From Terriglobia bacterium (GTDB lineage: Bacteria; Acidobacteriota; Polarisedimenticolia; Polarisedimenticolales; JAIQFR01), in NCBI GenBank assembly GCA_963748015.1, contig CAVVHE010000004.1, positions 320,001 through 384,000 on the forward strand: 64,000 nucleotides of DNA, in the 5' to 3' direction. Under the pieces are notes generated by a model. It searched no databases and was not told where the DNA came from. It was given only the letters and a program-made list of their open reading frames with translations. The translations under genes and the position numbers were made by a program. How positions within the stretch are numbered: position 1 is the stretch's first letter; each line of letters starts with the position of its first letter. Positions 34,165 through 46,264 of this stretch are shown here, piece after piece.

Positions 34165-36069
34165 GTGGCCCAAGAAACGTACGCGGTATCGTTCCCGCTC
34201 ACCGTCGTCGTTCGAGTATCGCTCGTCGCCGGCTTCTGCGGTCTCGCGGCGCCATGGATGGCAGCCGAGGAGTTTCCCCACCCGTCGGCGCTGCTGTCGC
34301 CGCTCTTTCTCGCGGCGGTCGCGGCGGGTTTCGTCTTGCCGCGCCTGACCGGCTTTCTCCCGGTGCTCGCGGCGGTGGGTGTCGCGGGATGGGTGGCGAT
34401 CAGCGGCCCGTTCCGCGGCACGCTGCTCGGGCTCGAGGGCTTCCCTTCGGACGATGTCGTCCTCGGATTCCTCTCCCTCTGCCTCGCGCTCGTGCTCTTC
34501 GATGCTTCGCGCTCGCGGTACCTCACGAGCCGTCCGAGGCCGAGGTGGATTCCGATCGGCGGACGGACGCTCGCCTACGGCGTCGCGCTGCCGCTGGTCC
34601 TGCTCTCGCTGGCCTCGTTCCTGCTCGTGAACGGGGCGACCGTGCGGCAGGCCGGGCTCTTTCTCGCGTCGCTGCTCTTCGGGGCGGCGACCGCGGACCT
34701 TTTCTTCCGCGCGGGGAGGGCCGCGGGCCCGGCGAGCGCCGCGAAGCGCTGGCTCCGCTGGGCCGTCCCGGGGCTCATCCTCTTCCCATGCGCCGCTTTC
34801 GCCGCGGAGTGGTGGGCGGAACGCGAGCCGCCGGAGCAGGCCCCCACGCGGATGGGGCTGGCCGTCGGTCTCTACGCCGATCTCAGTCTCCTGTTCCCCC
34901 ACTGGGACACGGCTCCTGTCGGGCCGGACGATCTCTGGCAGCGATACCGGCCGCGGCTGAGCGCGGGCGACCGGGCCTGCGGCGAGAGCACCGAGCCCTG
35001 CGCTCCCTATCTCCACGCCCTGCGCGAAATGCTCGCCGTGCTGCAGAACGGCCACACGGGCGTCGTGATCGAAATGGAGGAGGGGGGATTCCCTGTGAGC
35101 ATCGAACCGGTCGAGGGGAAAGCGGCGATCACCTACGTGGAAGAAGGTTCCGCCGCCGCGCAGGCGGGCCTCGAGCCCGGAGTGGTGATCCTCGAGGTGG
35201 ACGGGGAGCCGGTCGAGGAAGTCCTGCGAAAGACCCCTGCCTATCGGAACCCGGGGGCGTCGCGCCGCACGCGGGAGTACGACGCGTACCAGTCGCTGCT
35301 CGATGGGATGCCCGGTACGGCGGTGACGCTGAGCGTCGCGACGGGTGCGGGCGTTCGACGGAGCGTGACGCTCAGGCGGGAGCGTCTCGAGCTGGAGTCG
35401 ATACACGACCTGGACGAGGGGGAGTCGCCGCTGTACTTCGGGAGGGCGAAGAGCGGGTTCGTCTTCGCCACGCTGAGCGGCTTCCAAGGTAGCGACCTCG
35501 AAACGAAGCTCGACCTCCTGCTGAAAGAGCTGGAGGGGTCGAAGGGGCTGATCCTAGACCTGCGAGACAACTCAGGGGGCGACATCGATCTCGCGATGGA
35601 CCTCGCTACCCGTTTTCTTCCGGAGCGCATCGTGATTGGAAGCCTCTGCAGCTATGCCGACCTGTCGTCGGAAGAGGCCGAGATGTCGTGCGAGGAGCTG
35701 GCGGTCGAGCCCCACACCACCCGTTATGCGGGCAAGGTGGCCGTCCTCGTCAACGAGAGCACGGCCAGCGCCGCGGAGATCGAGGCCTACGCGCTCTGCC
35801 GCACGGGGAGGGCGCGGTGCTTCGGAAGGCCCACCGCGGGGGAGACGGATACCACCGAGTTCACCGACCTCCCGGGCGGATACGCGCAGATCGGCACCGG
35901 CGAGTTCAGGCCGAGCATCGGCCCCACTCTTTACGGCGCCGGACTGGATCCCGACGTCCTCGTCACGCCCAAGCTGGAGGACTATCGGCTGGGCCTCGAC
36001 CCCGACAGGCGCGCCGCCCGAGAGTGGTTGCTGGGCAACGGCGAGAGTCGGGCCGGCGGGACACGATAG
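34165..36069 (+). CDS. S41 (C-terminal processing-like) peptidase with N-terminal multi-TM domain and PDZ
   Basis: Several hydrophobic helices, then LQNGHT, PDZ (GSAAAQAGLEPG..ILEVDG), LILDLRDNSGG, TASAAE, GRPTAG, GLDPDV. Start codon uncertain. Confidence 0.78.
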   Translation: MAQETYAVSFPLTVVVRVSLVAGFCGLAAPWMAAEEFPHPSALLSPLFLAAVAAGFVLPRLTGFLPVLAAVGVAGWVAISGPFRGTLLGLEGFPSDDVVLGFLSLCLALVLFDASRSRYLTSRPRPRWIPIGGRTLAYGVALPLVLLSLASFLLVNGATVRQAGLFLASLLFGAATADLFFRAGRAAGPASAAKRWLRWAVPGLILFPCAAFAAEWWAEREPPEQAPTRMGLAVGLYADLSLLFPHWDTAPVGPDDLWQRYRPRLSAGDRACGESTEPCAPYLHALREMLAVLQNGHTGVVIEMEEGGFPVSIEPVEGKAAITYVEEGSAAAQAGLEPGVVILEVDGEPVEEVLRKTPAYRNPGASRRTREYDAYQSLLDGMPGTAVTLSVATGAGVRRSVTLRRERLELESIHDLDEGESPLYFGRAKSGFVFATLSGFQGSDLETKLDLLLKELEGSKGLILDLRDNSGGDIDLAMDLATRFLPERIVIGSLCSYADLSSEEAEMSCEELAVEPHTTRYAGKVAVLVNESTASAAEIEAYALCRTGRARCFGRPTAGETDTTEFTDLPGGYAQIGTGEFRPSIGPTLYGAGLDPDVLVTPKLEDYRLGLDPDRRAAREWLLGNGESRAGGTR

Positions 36070-36167
36070 GCCGAGATCAACGAACGCTTGCGCCGCGCCC
36101 GAACTGGCGGTACATGTCCTTTGGATGGGTGTGGGGCTGCCCACCTTTCTCCAGGAGGACCACTGCC

Positions 36168-36821
36168 ATGGCGACCCATCGAAGGCTCCTCGTACTCGGC
36201 TTCATCGTCCTGTCCGCGCTGGTTCTCGTTGCGTGCTCCGGCGGCGCGACAGGGACGGTGTTGGACGGCAAGGGCCAGCTCAGGATCGTCGTGTCCACGG
36301 CCTCGGGAACCGCCGCGGCGTCCTCGACCGGCGGCGGCTCCCTGGCGAAGAGCGCGGACGGGCACCTCTTCTCGGACGTCCCGTCGCCGAACCACGAGCA
36401 TCCGGACCTGTCGCTTCAGGCGGCCAACGTCACGTTCTCGAGCATCCTCGCGCGGACGCTCGACGGGCAGCTGATCAACGTCACGATCGCGCTCCCCGTC
36501 ACCGTGGACCTGCTGTCGCTCGGGACCGGGAAGGATGCAACGCTTCCGATCGGCTTCCTGCCGCCCGGCACCTACGACCAGCTCGTGGTCGTGATGACCG
36601 AGGTGGAGCTCGTGCTCCAGGACGGCACGAAGGTCGCCATCACGCCCCCCGGCGGAGGATGGACCGCGATCGTGGGCGTTGCCGCGCCGTTCACCGTGGT
36701 CGAGGGCGAGACAACGAGCGTCACGATCAAGTTCCGTAGGGATCTGTCGTTCGGTCTCGGCGGCGGTGGCTGGGAATTCCATCCCAGGTTCGACTGCGGG
36801 GATCAGGACCACGACGACTGA
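36168..36821 (+). CDS. Lipoprotein, DUF4382-like
   Basis: AGGAGG RBS; lipobox LVAC; VDLLSL...LPPGTYDQL pattern. Confidence 0.7.
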   Translation: MATHRRLLVLGFIVLSALVLVACSGGATGTVLDGKGQLRIVVSTASGTAAASSTGGGSLAKSADGHLFSDVPSPNHEHPDLSLQAANVTFSSILARTLDGQLINVTIALPVTVDLLSLGTGKDATLPIGFLPPGTYDQLVVVMTEVELVLQDGTKVAITPPGGGWTAIVGVAAPFTVVEGETTSVTIKFRRDLSFGLGGGGWEFHPRFDCGDQDHDD

Positions 36822-36914
36822 GGCTCGAGCCCCGGCGGGGCGGCGGTCCGGCGGTTGACCCCACGTTGACCGGTACTCTGGGCCCCGGAAGTGATAGTCT
36901 TCCCCCCGCATAAG

Positions 36915-38836
36915 ATGAGCGCGCTCGCCCCCAGCTCCGGCCACGGAGACGCCACCAGGATCGCGTCCGCGCGGAACCTCGCGAAGGTTGCGGTGGGGGC
37001 GCTTGGCGTGGTGTATGGGGACATCGGCACCTCGCCCCTGTACGCGATCAGGGAGTGTTTCAACCCCGTCCACGGCATGGATCCGAACGTCCCGAACACG
37101 CTCGGCATTCTCTCCTTGGTCTTCTGGGCTCTCACCCTCGTGGTCGTGGTCAAGTACCTCACCTTCGTGATGCGCGCCGACAATCAGGGCGATGGCGGAA
37201 TCCTGGCCCTCCTGGCGCTGGTGATGCCGCAGGGCAACGGCAACGCCGGGCGGCGCAGGCTCGGGCTGATCCTGCTCGGGCTGGTGGGCGCGGCGCTGCT
37301 GTGGTCCGACGGCATGATCACGCCGGCGATCACCGTCCTGGGCGCTGTCGAAGGCCTCGAGATCGCCACCCCGGTCTTCCGGCCGTTCGTGGTTCCGATC
37401 GCGCTCGTGATCCTGGTCGCGTTGTTCCTGTTGCAGAGGCGCGGCACGGGGAAGATCGGCGCGATGTTCGGGCCGGTGATGGTGGTATGGTTCGTCGCCA
37501 TCGCCGCCCTTGGAATCCCATGGATCCTGCGGGAGCCTCGAGTCCTAGCAGGCGCTCAACCCGGTCTGGGCGTTCCGTTTCATGGCCGAGCACCAATGGC
37601 ACGGCTTCCTGATTCTCGGCGCCGTCATGCTGTGCATCACCGGAGCGGAGGCGCTCTACGCCGACATGGGCCACTTCGGGCGGATTCCGATCCGGATCGC
37701 ATGGTATCTGGTCGTCTTCCCCGCCCTGCTGCTGAATTACTTCGGCCAGGGGGCGCTTCTCCTGGCCCGGGGCGTGGTCGCGGACGAGAACCCGTTCTTC
37801 CTGCTGGCGCCGCCCCAACTCGTTCTCCCGCTGGTCGTGCTCTCGACCGCCGCGGCGGTCATCGCCTCCCAGGCGCTGATCACCGGGGCGTTCTCGCTCG
37901 GCCAGCAGGCGGTGCAGCTCGGCTACTCGCCGCGACTCACGATCGTGCACACCTCGCATCAGACCCGCGGCCAGATCTACGTCCCCGAGATCAACACCGC
38001 CTTGATGGTCGCCTGCCTCGGGCTCACGCTGGCGTTTCAGAAGTCGACCAACCTGGCTGCGGCATACGGCATGTCGGTGGTGGGCACGATGGCCGCCACC
38101 TCGGTGCTGCTCTACGCGGTCGCCCGCCAAAGGTGGGGCTGGAGCCTCTGGCGGGCGGGCGCGCTCACCGGTTTCTTCCTCGCGGTGGACCTGTCCTTCC
38201 TGGCCGCCAACCTCACCAAGATCAGGGACGGCGCGTGGTTCCCGCTGGCGGTCGGGGCCGTTGATCTTCACGGTGATGACCACGTGGAAGCGCGGGAGGG
38301 GGGAGCTGGCCGCGAATCTGCGCAGCGGGTCGTACCCGATCGATCTCTTCATGCAGGAGCTGCCCACGCAGAAGCCGCTGCGGGTAACCGGGACGGCCGT
38401 TTTCATGACTCCCGACACGGATATCGTGCCGGTCGTCCTGCTGCACCACTACAAGCACAACAAGGTCCTGCACGAGAGGGTCCTCCTGCTCTCGATGCGC
38501 ACCGCGGCGGTGCCGTTCGTGCGCAAGCCCGACAAGGTGGAGGTCCACGACCTCGGCAGCGGCTTCTACCAGGTCGTTGGTCACTACGGCTTCATGCAGA
38601 CGCCGAACGTCCCCGAGGTTCTTCACCTCGCGAGGGTGCACGGGATCAAGGTGACGGCGCCCGAGTGCAGTTTCTACCTGGGACGGGAGACCCTGTTCAC
38701 CAACGGCCCGTCGAAGATGTGGCGGTGGCGCAAGTGGCTGTTCGCGTTCCTGTCGCGCAACGCGCGCTCCGCCACCGCGTTCTTCTCGATCCCGCCCAAC
38801 CGCGTGCTCGAGATCGGCACGCAGATCGAGCTCTAG
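36915..38836 (+). pseudogene. kup: Kup/HAK/KT potassium transporter interrupted by two +1 frameshifts (about 37550 and 38262)
   Basis: GVVYGDIGTSPLY in one frame, TGAEALYADMGHFG and GQIYVP in the next, TTWKRG...YGFMQ...FYLGRE...EIGTQIEL in the third. Confidence 0.85.
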
Positions 38837-38859
38837 TCCGGGCTCGCGGCACCAGATTC

Positions 38860-39261
38860 CTACGTCTCGAGGTCGATCAGGCGCCTCCCGGCGGATCGAG
38901 GGATCGCCTGGCGCGCCTCGTCGAGCCACAGGGTCAGTTTCTCGAAATCCTCGTGGCGGACTCCCGGTAGCCCGTTTCCCCTCTGTCGATGGGAATAGGT
39001 CCAGGCGGCCTCCACGAGAATCTCCACGGAACGCAGTTCGTCGTACGATACCGCCACGCGCGGGTGGAGCGCGCCGTGCACCAGCAGGTTCGTCATCGTC
39101 TCGATGTCGCCGGGGCGGATACGATACATGTCGGGGTCGATGTGGTGACAAGTCGCTTCGATGTACGAGAGTATCTCGAGCAGCTGCCCGTGCTTGGACT
39201 TGTCGATCTCGACGACGGTTCGCTCGAAATCGGAGGAACTCGGGTCTGATGAGCGGGTCAT
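38860..39261 (-). CDS. Orphan hypothetical protein (about 133 aa)
   Basis: GGGAGG RBS before ATG 39261/39267; protein-like composition (FERTVVEIDKSKHGQLLEILSYIE...). Confidence 0.55.
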   Translation of the reverse strand: MTRSSDPSSSDFERTVVEIDKSKHGQLLEILSYIEATCHHIDPDMYRIRPGDIETMTNLLVHGALHPRVAVSYDELRSVEILVEAAWTYSHRQRGNGLPGVRHEDFEKLTLWLDEARQAIPRSAGRRLIDLET

Positions 39262-39651
39262 GCGCATCTCCCTCCCGAGGCGACCGCGGACCGTCCTCCT
39301 CACCTCGCGGCGACATCGGGCAGAGCTGTCACGCCTGCCTTCGAGTCGAGGCGCGGAGGCCGTACGACCACGGATACGGGGCGAGAAAAAGGTAGCCGAT
39401 AACTTGCGGACGCGCAGCGCCGGGTCGCCACCGGCGCCATCAATGGCGTTGCCGCCACCGTCGTCGGCGACGGCGTCGCACGACCGCCGTCCGAAATGGA
39501 GCAGCCGGGCAGAGCGGACTACTTGGTGGCCCTTCGGCGAGCGGCGACGACGGGACGACCGGCGAGGCCCGAAATCAAGCGCACGGCTTGCGTGGCGCCT
39601 ACTCGCGCCGAGTGGGCTCTCAACGCGATCTTCGTGAGTGATTGATCTGCT

Positions 39652-39727
39652 TGGAGCCGGCACCCAGACTTGAACTGGGGACCTGCTGATTACGAATCAG
39701 CCGCTCTACCGACTGAGCTATGCCGGC
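39652..39727 (-). tRNA. tRNA-Thr(CGT)
   Basis: GCCGGCATAGCTCAGTCGGTAGAGCGGCTGATTCGTAATCAGCAGGTCCCCAGTTCAAGTCTGGGTGCCGGCTCCA: 76 nt cloverleaf with encoded CCA. Confidence 0.97.
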
Positions 39728-39893
39728 CTGACCGAAAAGCGGGCGAAATATAACAAGAAACGGGGTCGGACGCAAAGCGGTAGGCCGGCCCTGCCCGCGC
39801 CCCGAAGCAGCCGGCGCGCGGGAGTCGCTCCCCGACGATGACGTTCGCTCGCTCGCGGACGGTTCCGTTCGACCCGCCGGGAGAGGCCCGGGG

Positions 39894-41381
39894 TCACGGG
39901 CAGGGCGCCGCTACCGTACGGATTCCCCCGAAGCTGTTCGTGCCGAGTCCCTTCTCGACGCCGCCGGCGGTGTCGCTCACCAGGTAGTCGAAGCCGATTT
40001 GGAGCGACGTGGGCACGTCGGTATCCACGAACAGCAGGTCGGTCAGGATCGCATCCCGGGAGTTCTGGCAGGTGCCGTAGCCGCCGTCCGGGAAGTGGTC
40101 CGCGTTGAGGTCGGCAAATCCGGAGAGGTTCCCCCGGTACGTGTTGTACCTCGTCGCTCCGGCGATCGCGGTCCACGCGAGGGTGTTGTGGTCGTCGAAT
40201 CTCACGGTGGTCTCGGGGTCGGCCGTGGCGCAGTCCAGCACGAGGGGGACGATGCTCGTGAACTGGCTCGAGTTGCCCGCGAGATCCACGTACGAGGTGT
40301 CCGCGGTCCAGGACCCGCCGGGGCTGAACTGGGGGATGACCACATTGCACGAGAAGGTGCCGCTGTTCCGGGTCCCGGCGGAAGGCGTGGTCGCGACGCA
40401 CTGCTGCTGGTAGGTCGTGAACGTGTCGGGATCCGTGTAGCCGAAGCCGCAGGAGGCGACGTCGACGCCCGCCGGTGAATCGGCCACGATCATCGTGCAC
40501 GTGACCGTCCTCGGGCCCGTCCCGGCGCTGACGGACTTCGGGTTGAAGTCGAAGCTGGTCTCCGACGGCCCGGTGATGTCTTCCGGAACCGAGGTTACGG
40601 CGAGCGTCGTCGTGGGGGAGCCGGTTCCGAAGTTCCCCGCTCCGTCTACCAGGAACACCGAAGTGGTCCAGGTTCCCGCATCGGAGTACCGAGGGAAGGC
40701 CGCCGCGCACGAGAACGTTCCGCTCTGCCTCGTTCCGGAGGCCGGCGCGCTCGACGAGCACCCCCGAGCCTGAGAGCTGCCCGGCGCGGAGAAGGCGCAG
40801 GACGCCGTGCTGACGCCCGATTTGGCGTCGGTGACCGTCATGTTGCACGTGACGTTCTGGGAGGAGCTCGAAGTGTCGATCGAGGGCGTGCCGAGGGTGA
40901 AGCCGGTCAACGCCGGAGCGATGGTATCCGGGTCCGACGTCACGGTGAGGTCGGTCGGGAAACCCGGGGGAAACAGGAACCAGCTCAGCGACGCGTCGTT
41001 GCCGACGGCGTCGGTCGCGGAGAGGTTCGCGCGCCACACCCCGGTCTCGGAGTAACGGGGGAGCGACACGACGCACGAGTACGTCCCGTTCTGCGGCGTG
41101 CCCGAGGACGGAGTCACCGACGAGCAGCTGACCGAGTGCGTGAAGCTCGGCGACTGGAACGAGCAACCGGCCTGGGCGACGCCCGCGATGTCGTCGGTGA
41201 CCGTGATGGTGCAGGTGACGTTCTGGGACGCCGAGGCGGTGTTGACGGACGACGGCGAGAACCCGAACGCGGTGAAGCTCGGGGCCGTCGTGTCGCACTG
41301 CGCCCTCGATGGGAGCGATGCCACGGCGGTCGCCGCGGTGAGTAGTGCAAGAGCTGCGCGCCCGACCAGGACGATCTTCAT
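39894..41381 (-). CDS. Secreted Ser/Thr-rich protein with three Cys-containing Ig-like repeats and a distinct C-terminal domain
   Basis: Signal peptide MKIVLVGRAALALL; repeats DTxAP...VTC..TVTD..GV..A.C.F....C....P..GT...GT.SC....PRYS..G.W......D..GN; C-terminus GFDYLVS...EKGLGTNSFGGIRTVAAPCP. Confidence 0.85.
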   Translation of the reverse strand: MKIVLVGRAALALLTAATAVASLPSRAQCDTTAPSFTAFGFSPSSVNTASASQNVTCTITVTDDIAGVAQAGCSFQSPSFTHSVSCSSVTPSSGTPQNGTYSCVVSLPRYSETGVWRANLSATDAVGNDASLSWFLFPPGFPTDLTVTSDPDTIAPALTGFTLGTPSIDTSSSSQNVTCNMTVTDAKSGVSTASCAFSAPGSSQARGCSSSAPASGTRQSGTFSCAAAFPRYSDAGTWTTSVFLVDGAGNFGTGSPTTTLAVTSVPEDITGPSETSFDFNPKSVSAGTGPRTVTCTMIVADSPAGVDVASCGFGYTDPDTFTTYQQQCVATTPSAGTRNSGTFSCNVVIPQFSPGGSWTADTSYVDLAGNSSQFTSIVPLVLDCATADPETTVRFDDHNTLAWTAIAGATRYNTYRGNLSGFADLNADHFPDGGYGTCQNSRDAILTDLLFVDTDVPTSLQIGFDYLVSDTAGGVEKGLGTNSFGGIRTVAAPCP

Positions 41382-41621
41382 GAGCGATCCTCCTTCAACG
41401 TCAGGGTACGGAAGCAACCCAGGACCCCGGCTCCTCCAGGGGCGGCCCGCGGCCGCGCGGATCGCCCCTCCTTCCGGATACGGGGCCGTAGCCTCAATTC
41501 GGGACAATATTAATCCAGTATTTGCCGGGGGGCGACAGCCTGCGGGCCGTCCCGGAGTTCCCGCCCTAGCCGACGGCTCGCTCGCCCCGGGAGTGGCTCG
41601 CCGCGCAGCCGGACGCGCTGC

Positions 41622-42509
41622 TCACCCCTTCCGCTGCCTCTGCCACATGTCCGCGGTGAAGATCGCGAGGGCGGTCCAGATGCAGCCGAAGGCGACGGCG
41701 TGGGGGCGGGTGAAGGGCTCGTCGTACAGGAACACGGCCATGAGGAAAGTCAGGCTCGGGGCGAGGTACTGGCAGAGGCCGATCACGGAGTAAGGGAGCT
41801 TCCGGGCCGCGCTGGCGAACCAGATCAGGGGCAGGGCGGTCACGGCCCCCGACAGGATCAGGAGCAAAGAGATCCTCGCGCCGCCGGCCAGGAACGTCCC
41901 GGCGTGCCGGGCACCCATCACCGCCAGGAAGCCCAGAGCGAGAGGGGCTAAGAGCGTGGTCTCGACCAGCAGCCCGCCCATCGAGTCCACGCGCACGGTC
42001 TTCCGCAGCAGGCCGTAGAACCCGAACGTGAAGGCCACGATGAGGGAGATCCACGGCGGCCGGCCGTAGCTCAGCGCGAGGTACAGCGTCCCGGTCGCGG
42101 CGAGCAGGACCGACACCGCCTGCAGCCGCGTCAGCCGCTCGCGCAGGAACGCCATCCCGAGGACGACGTTGACCAGCGGATTGATGTAGTAGCCGAGGCT
42201 CGTTTCGAGGATCCGGTCGTGGTTCACGCCGTAGATGAACGTGAACCAGTTCGTGGCGACGAGGGTCGCGCTCAGCGCCAGCGTGCCGAGCGTGCGGGGG
42301 GAGCGGAGCGCGCCGCGCACTCCTTCCCAGCTCCCGAGCAGCGAGATCAGCAGCGCGACGAGCGGGACCGACCAGACGACCCGGTGCGCCAGGATCTCGA
42401 GCGGCGGAACGGCGCGGACCGCCTTGAAGTAGAGCGGGACCATCCCCCAGAAGCCGTACGCCGCCAGGGCCAGCAGGATTCCCTTGCGGGTCTCGGCGCG
42501 GTCCGCCAC
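41622..42509 (-). CDS. rarD: RarD (EamA/DMT) transporter
   Basis: AYGFWG..PLYFK, EILAHRVVWS, TSLGYYINPLV, FYGLLRK, QYLAPS. Confidence 0.9.
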   Translation of the reverse strand: MADRAETRKGILLALAAYGFWGMVPLYFKAVRAVPPLEILAHRVVWSVPLVALLISLLGSWEGVRGALRSPRTLGTLALSATLVATNWFTFIYGVNHDRILETSLGYYINPLVNVVLGMAFLRERLTRLQAVSVLLAATGTLYLALSYGRPPWISLIVAFTFGFYGLLRKTVRVDSMGGLLVETTLLAPLALGFLAVMGARHAGTFLAGGARISLLLILSGAVTALPLIWFASAARKLPYSVIGLCQYLAPSLTFLMAVFLYDEPFTRPHAVAFGCIWTALAIFTADMWQRQRKG

Positions 42510-42533
42510 GCTCGCGTCCTGTGGGGCCCCCGG

Positions 42534-45005
<2,472 letters not shown>

Positions 45006-45208
45006 GTCCGTCCTCTCGATGCGATCCTCGGATTGGGAACGGGACGGTATGCGTTCGGCCCCCGCCGCCCGCCCCCGGCCTATTCCAGGACAAAGAACCG
45101 GTGGTTTATAACAAAAAGGACCGGCCCTGTCTAGTTTGCGCCGCGGGGCTGTTTGCGCCGCGGGGCACGGGGGGCCGACGCTGGTATCCTCTCCCGCGGG
45201 AGGGCGCG

Positions 45209-46189
45209 ATGCGGAAGCGACGGCTGGGGAGGACCGGGTACGAGATCTCGGAGATCGGGTTCGGGGCCTGGGGGCTCGGCGGCTCGATGTGGCTCGGCGT
45301 CGAGGACGACGAGGGGAAGCGGGCCCTCCACCAGGCGCTCGACCTCGGCGTCGACTTCGTGGACACCGCCCTCGTGTACGGGGACGGGCACAGCGAGAAG
45401 CTGATCGCCGAGGTGCTCGAGGAACGGGGCGGGCGGGACCGCGTGACGCTGGCCACGAAGATCCCCCCGAAGGACTACGTCTGGCCGGGGAAGGGGACGA
45501 CGCCGCTCGAGGACACCTTCCCGGCCTCCTGGGTCGTGGAGTGCGTCGAGGAGTCCCTCCGGAACCTCGCCGTGGACGCCCTCGACGTCGAGCAGTTCCA
45601 CGTCTGGCACGACGCCTGGCTCGCCTCTCCCGCCTGGGAGAAGACCCGCGCCGCGATGGAGAGGCTCAAGAAAGAGGGGAAGGTTCGCCATTGGGGGGTC
45701 TCGATCAACGACCATGCCCCGGAGACCGCCCTCGGGCTCCTCGCCGACCCGCTCCTCGAGACGGCGCAGGCTATCTACAACATCTTCGATCGGTCGCCGG
45801 AGCGCAAGCTGTTCGCCCTCGCGAAGGAGAGAAACCTGGGGATCATCGTCCGGGTGCCGTTCGACGAGGGGGCGCTGACCGGCGCGGTCGGCCCCGACAC
45901 CGTGTTCCCGCCGCGCGACTGGCGGAACCGGTACTTCCGAGGGGAGCGGAAGGCGGAGGTGGCCAAGAAGGTGGAGGCGCTGTCGGGTCTCCTCGGGGAC
46001 GAGGCGAAGAGCCTCCCCGAGCTGGCGCTCCGGTTCGTACTGTCGCGTGCCGAGGTCTCGACGGTGATCCCCGGGATGCGGCGCCCCGCGCACGCCAAGG
46101 CGAACGCGGCGGTCTCGGACGGCCGGCCGCTCTCGCCGGACCTGCTGGCAGGGCTGGCGCCGCACGCTTGGGACAAGAACTGGTACTGA
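45209..46189 (+). CDS. Aldo/keto reductase
   Basis: RRLGRTG..SEIGFGAW, FVDTALVYGDGHSE, ATK, GKVRHWGVS, VIPG. Confidence 0.92.
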   Translation: MRKRRLGRTGYEISEIGFGAWGLGGSMWLGVEDDEGKRALHQALDLGVDFVDTALVYGDGHSEKLIAEVLEERGGRDRVTLATKIPPKDYVWPGKGTTPLEDTFPASWVVECVEESLRNLAVDALDVEQFHVWHDAWLASPAWEKTRAAMERLKKEGKVRHWGVSINDHAPETALGLLADPLLETAQAIYNIFDRSPERKLFALAKERNLGIIVRVPFDEGALTGAVGPDTVFPPRDWRNRYFRGERKAEVAKKVEALSGLLGDEAKSLPELALRFVLSRAEVSTVIPGMRRPAHAKANAAVSDGRPLSPDLLAGLAPHAWDKNWY

Positions 46190-46264
46190 TTGACCTCGGC
46201 GATGCGGGCCGGTTAGCATCGCGCGCCTCGGCCCGCAGGTCGGCCGCGGAGGGAGCGCCGGAGG

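Noticed and set aside
38846..38858. Possible att-site copy of the tRNA-Thr 3' end (CGGCACCAGA)
   Set aside because: Too short and imperfect to be significant, and there is no integrase.
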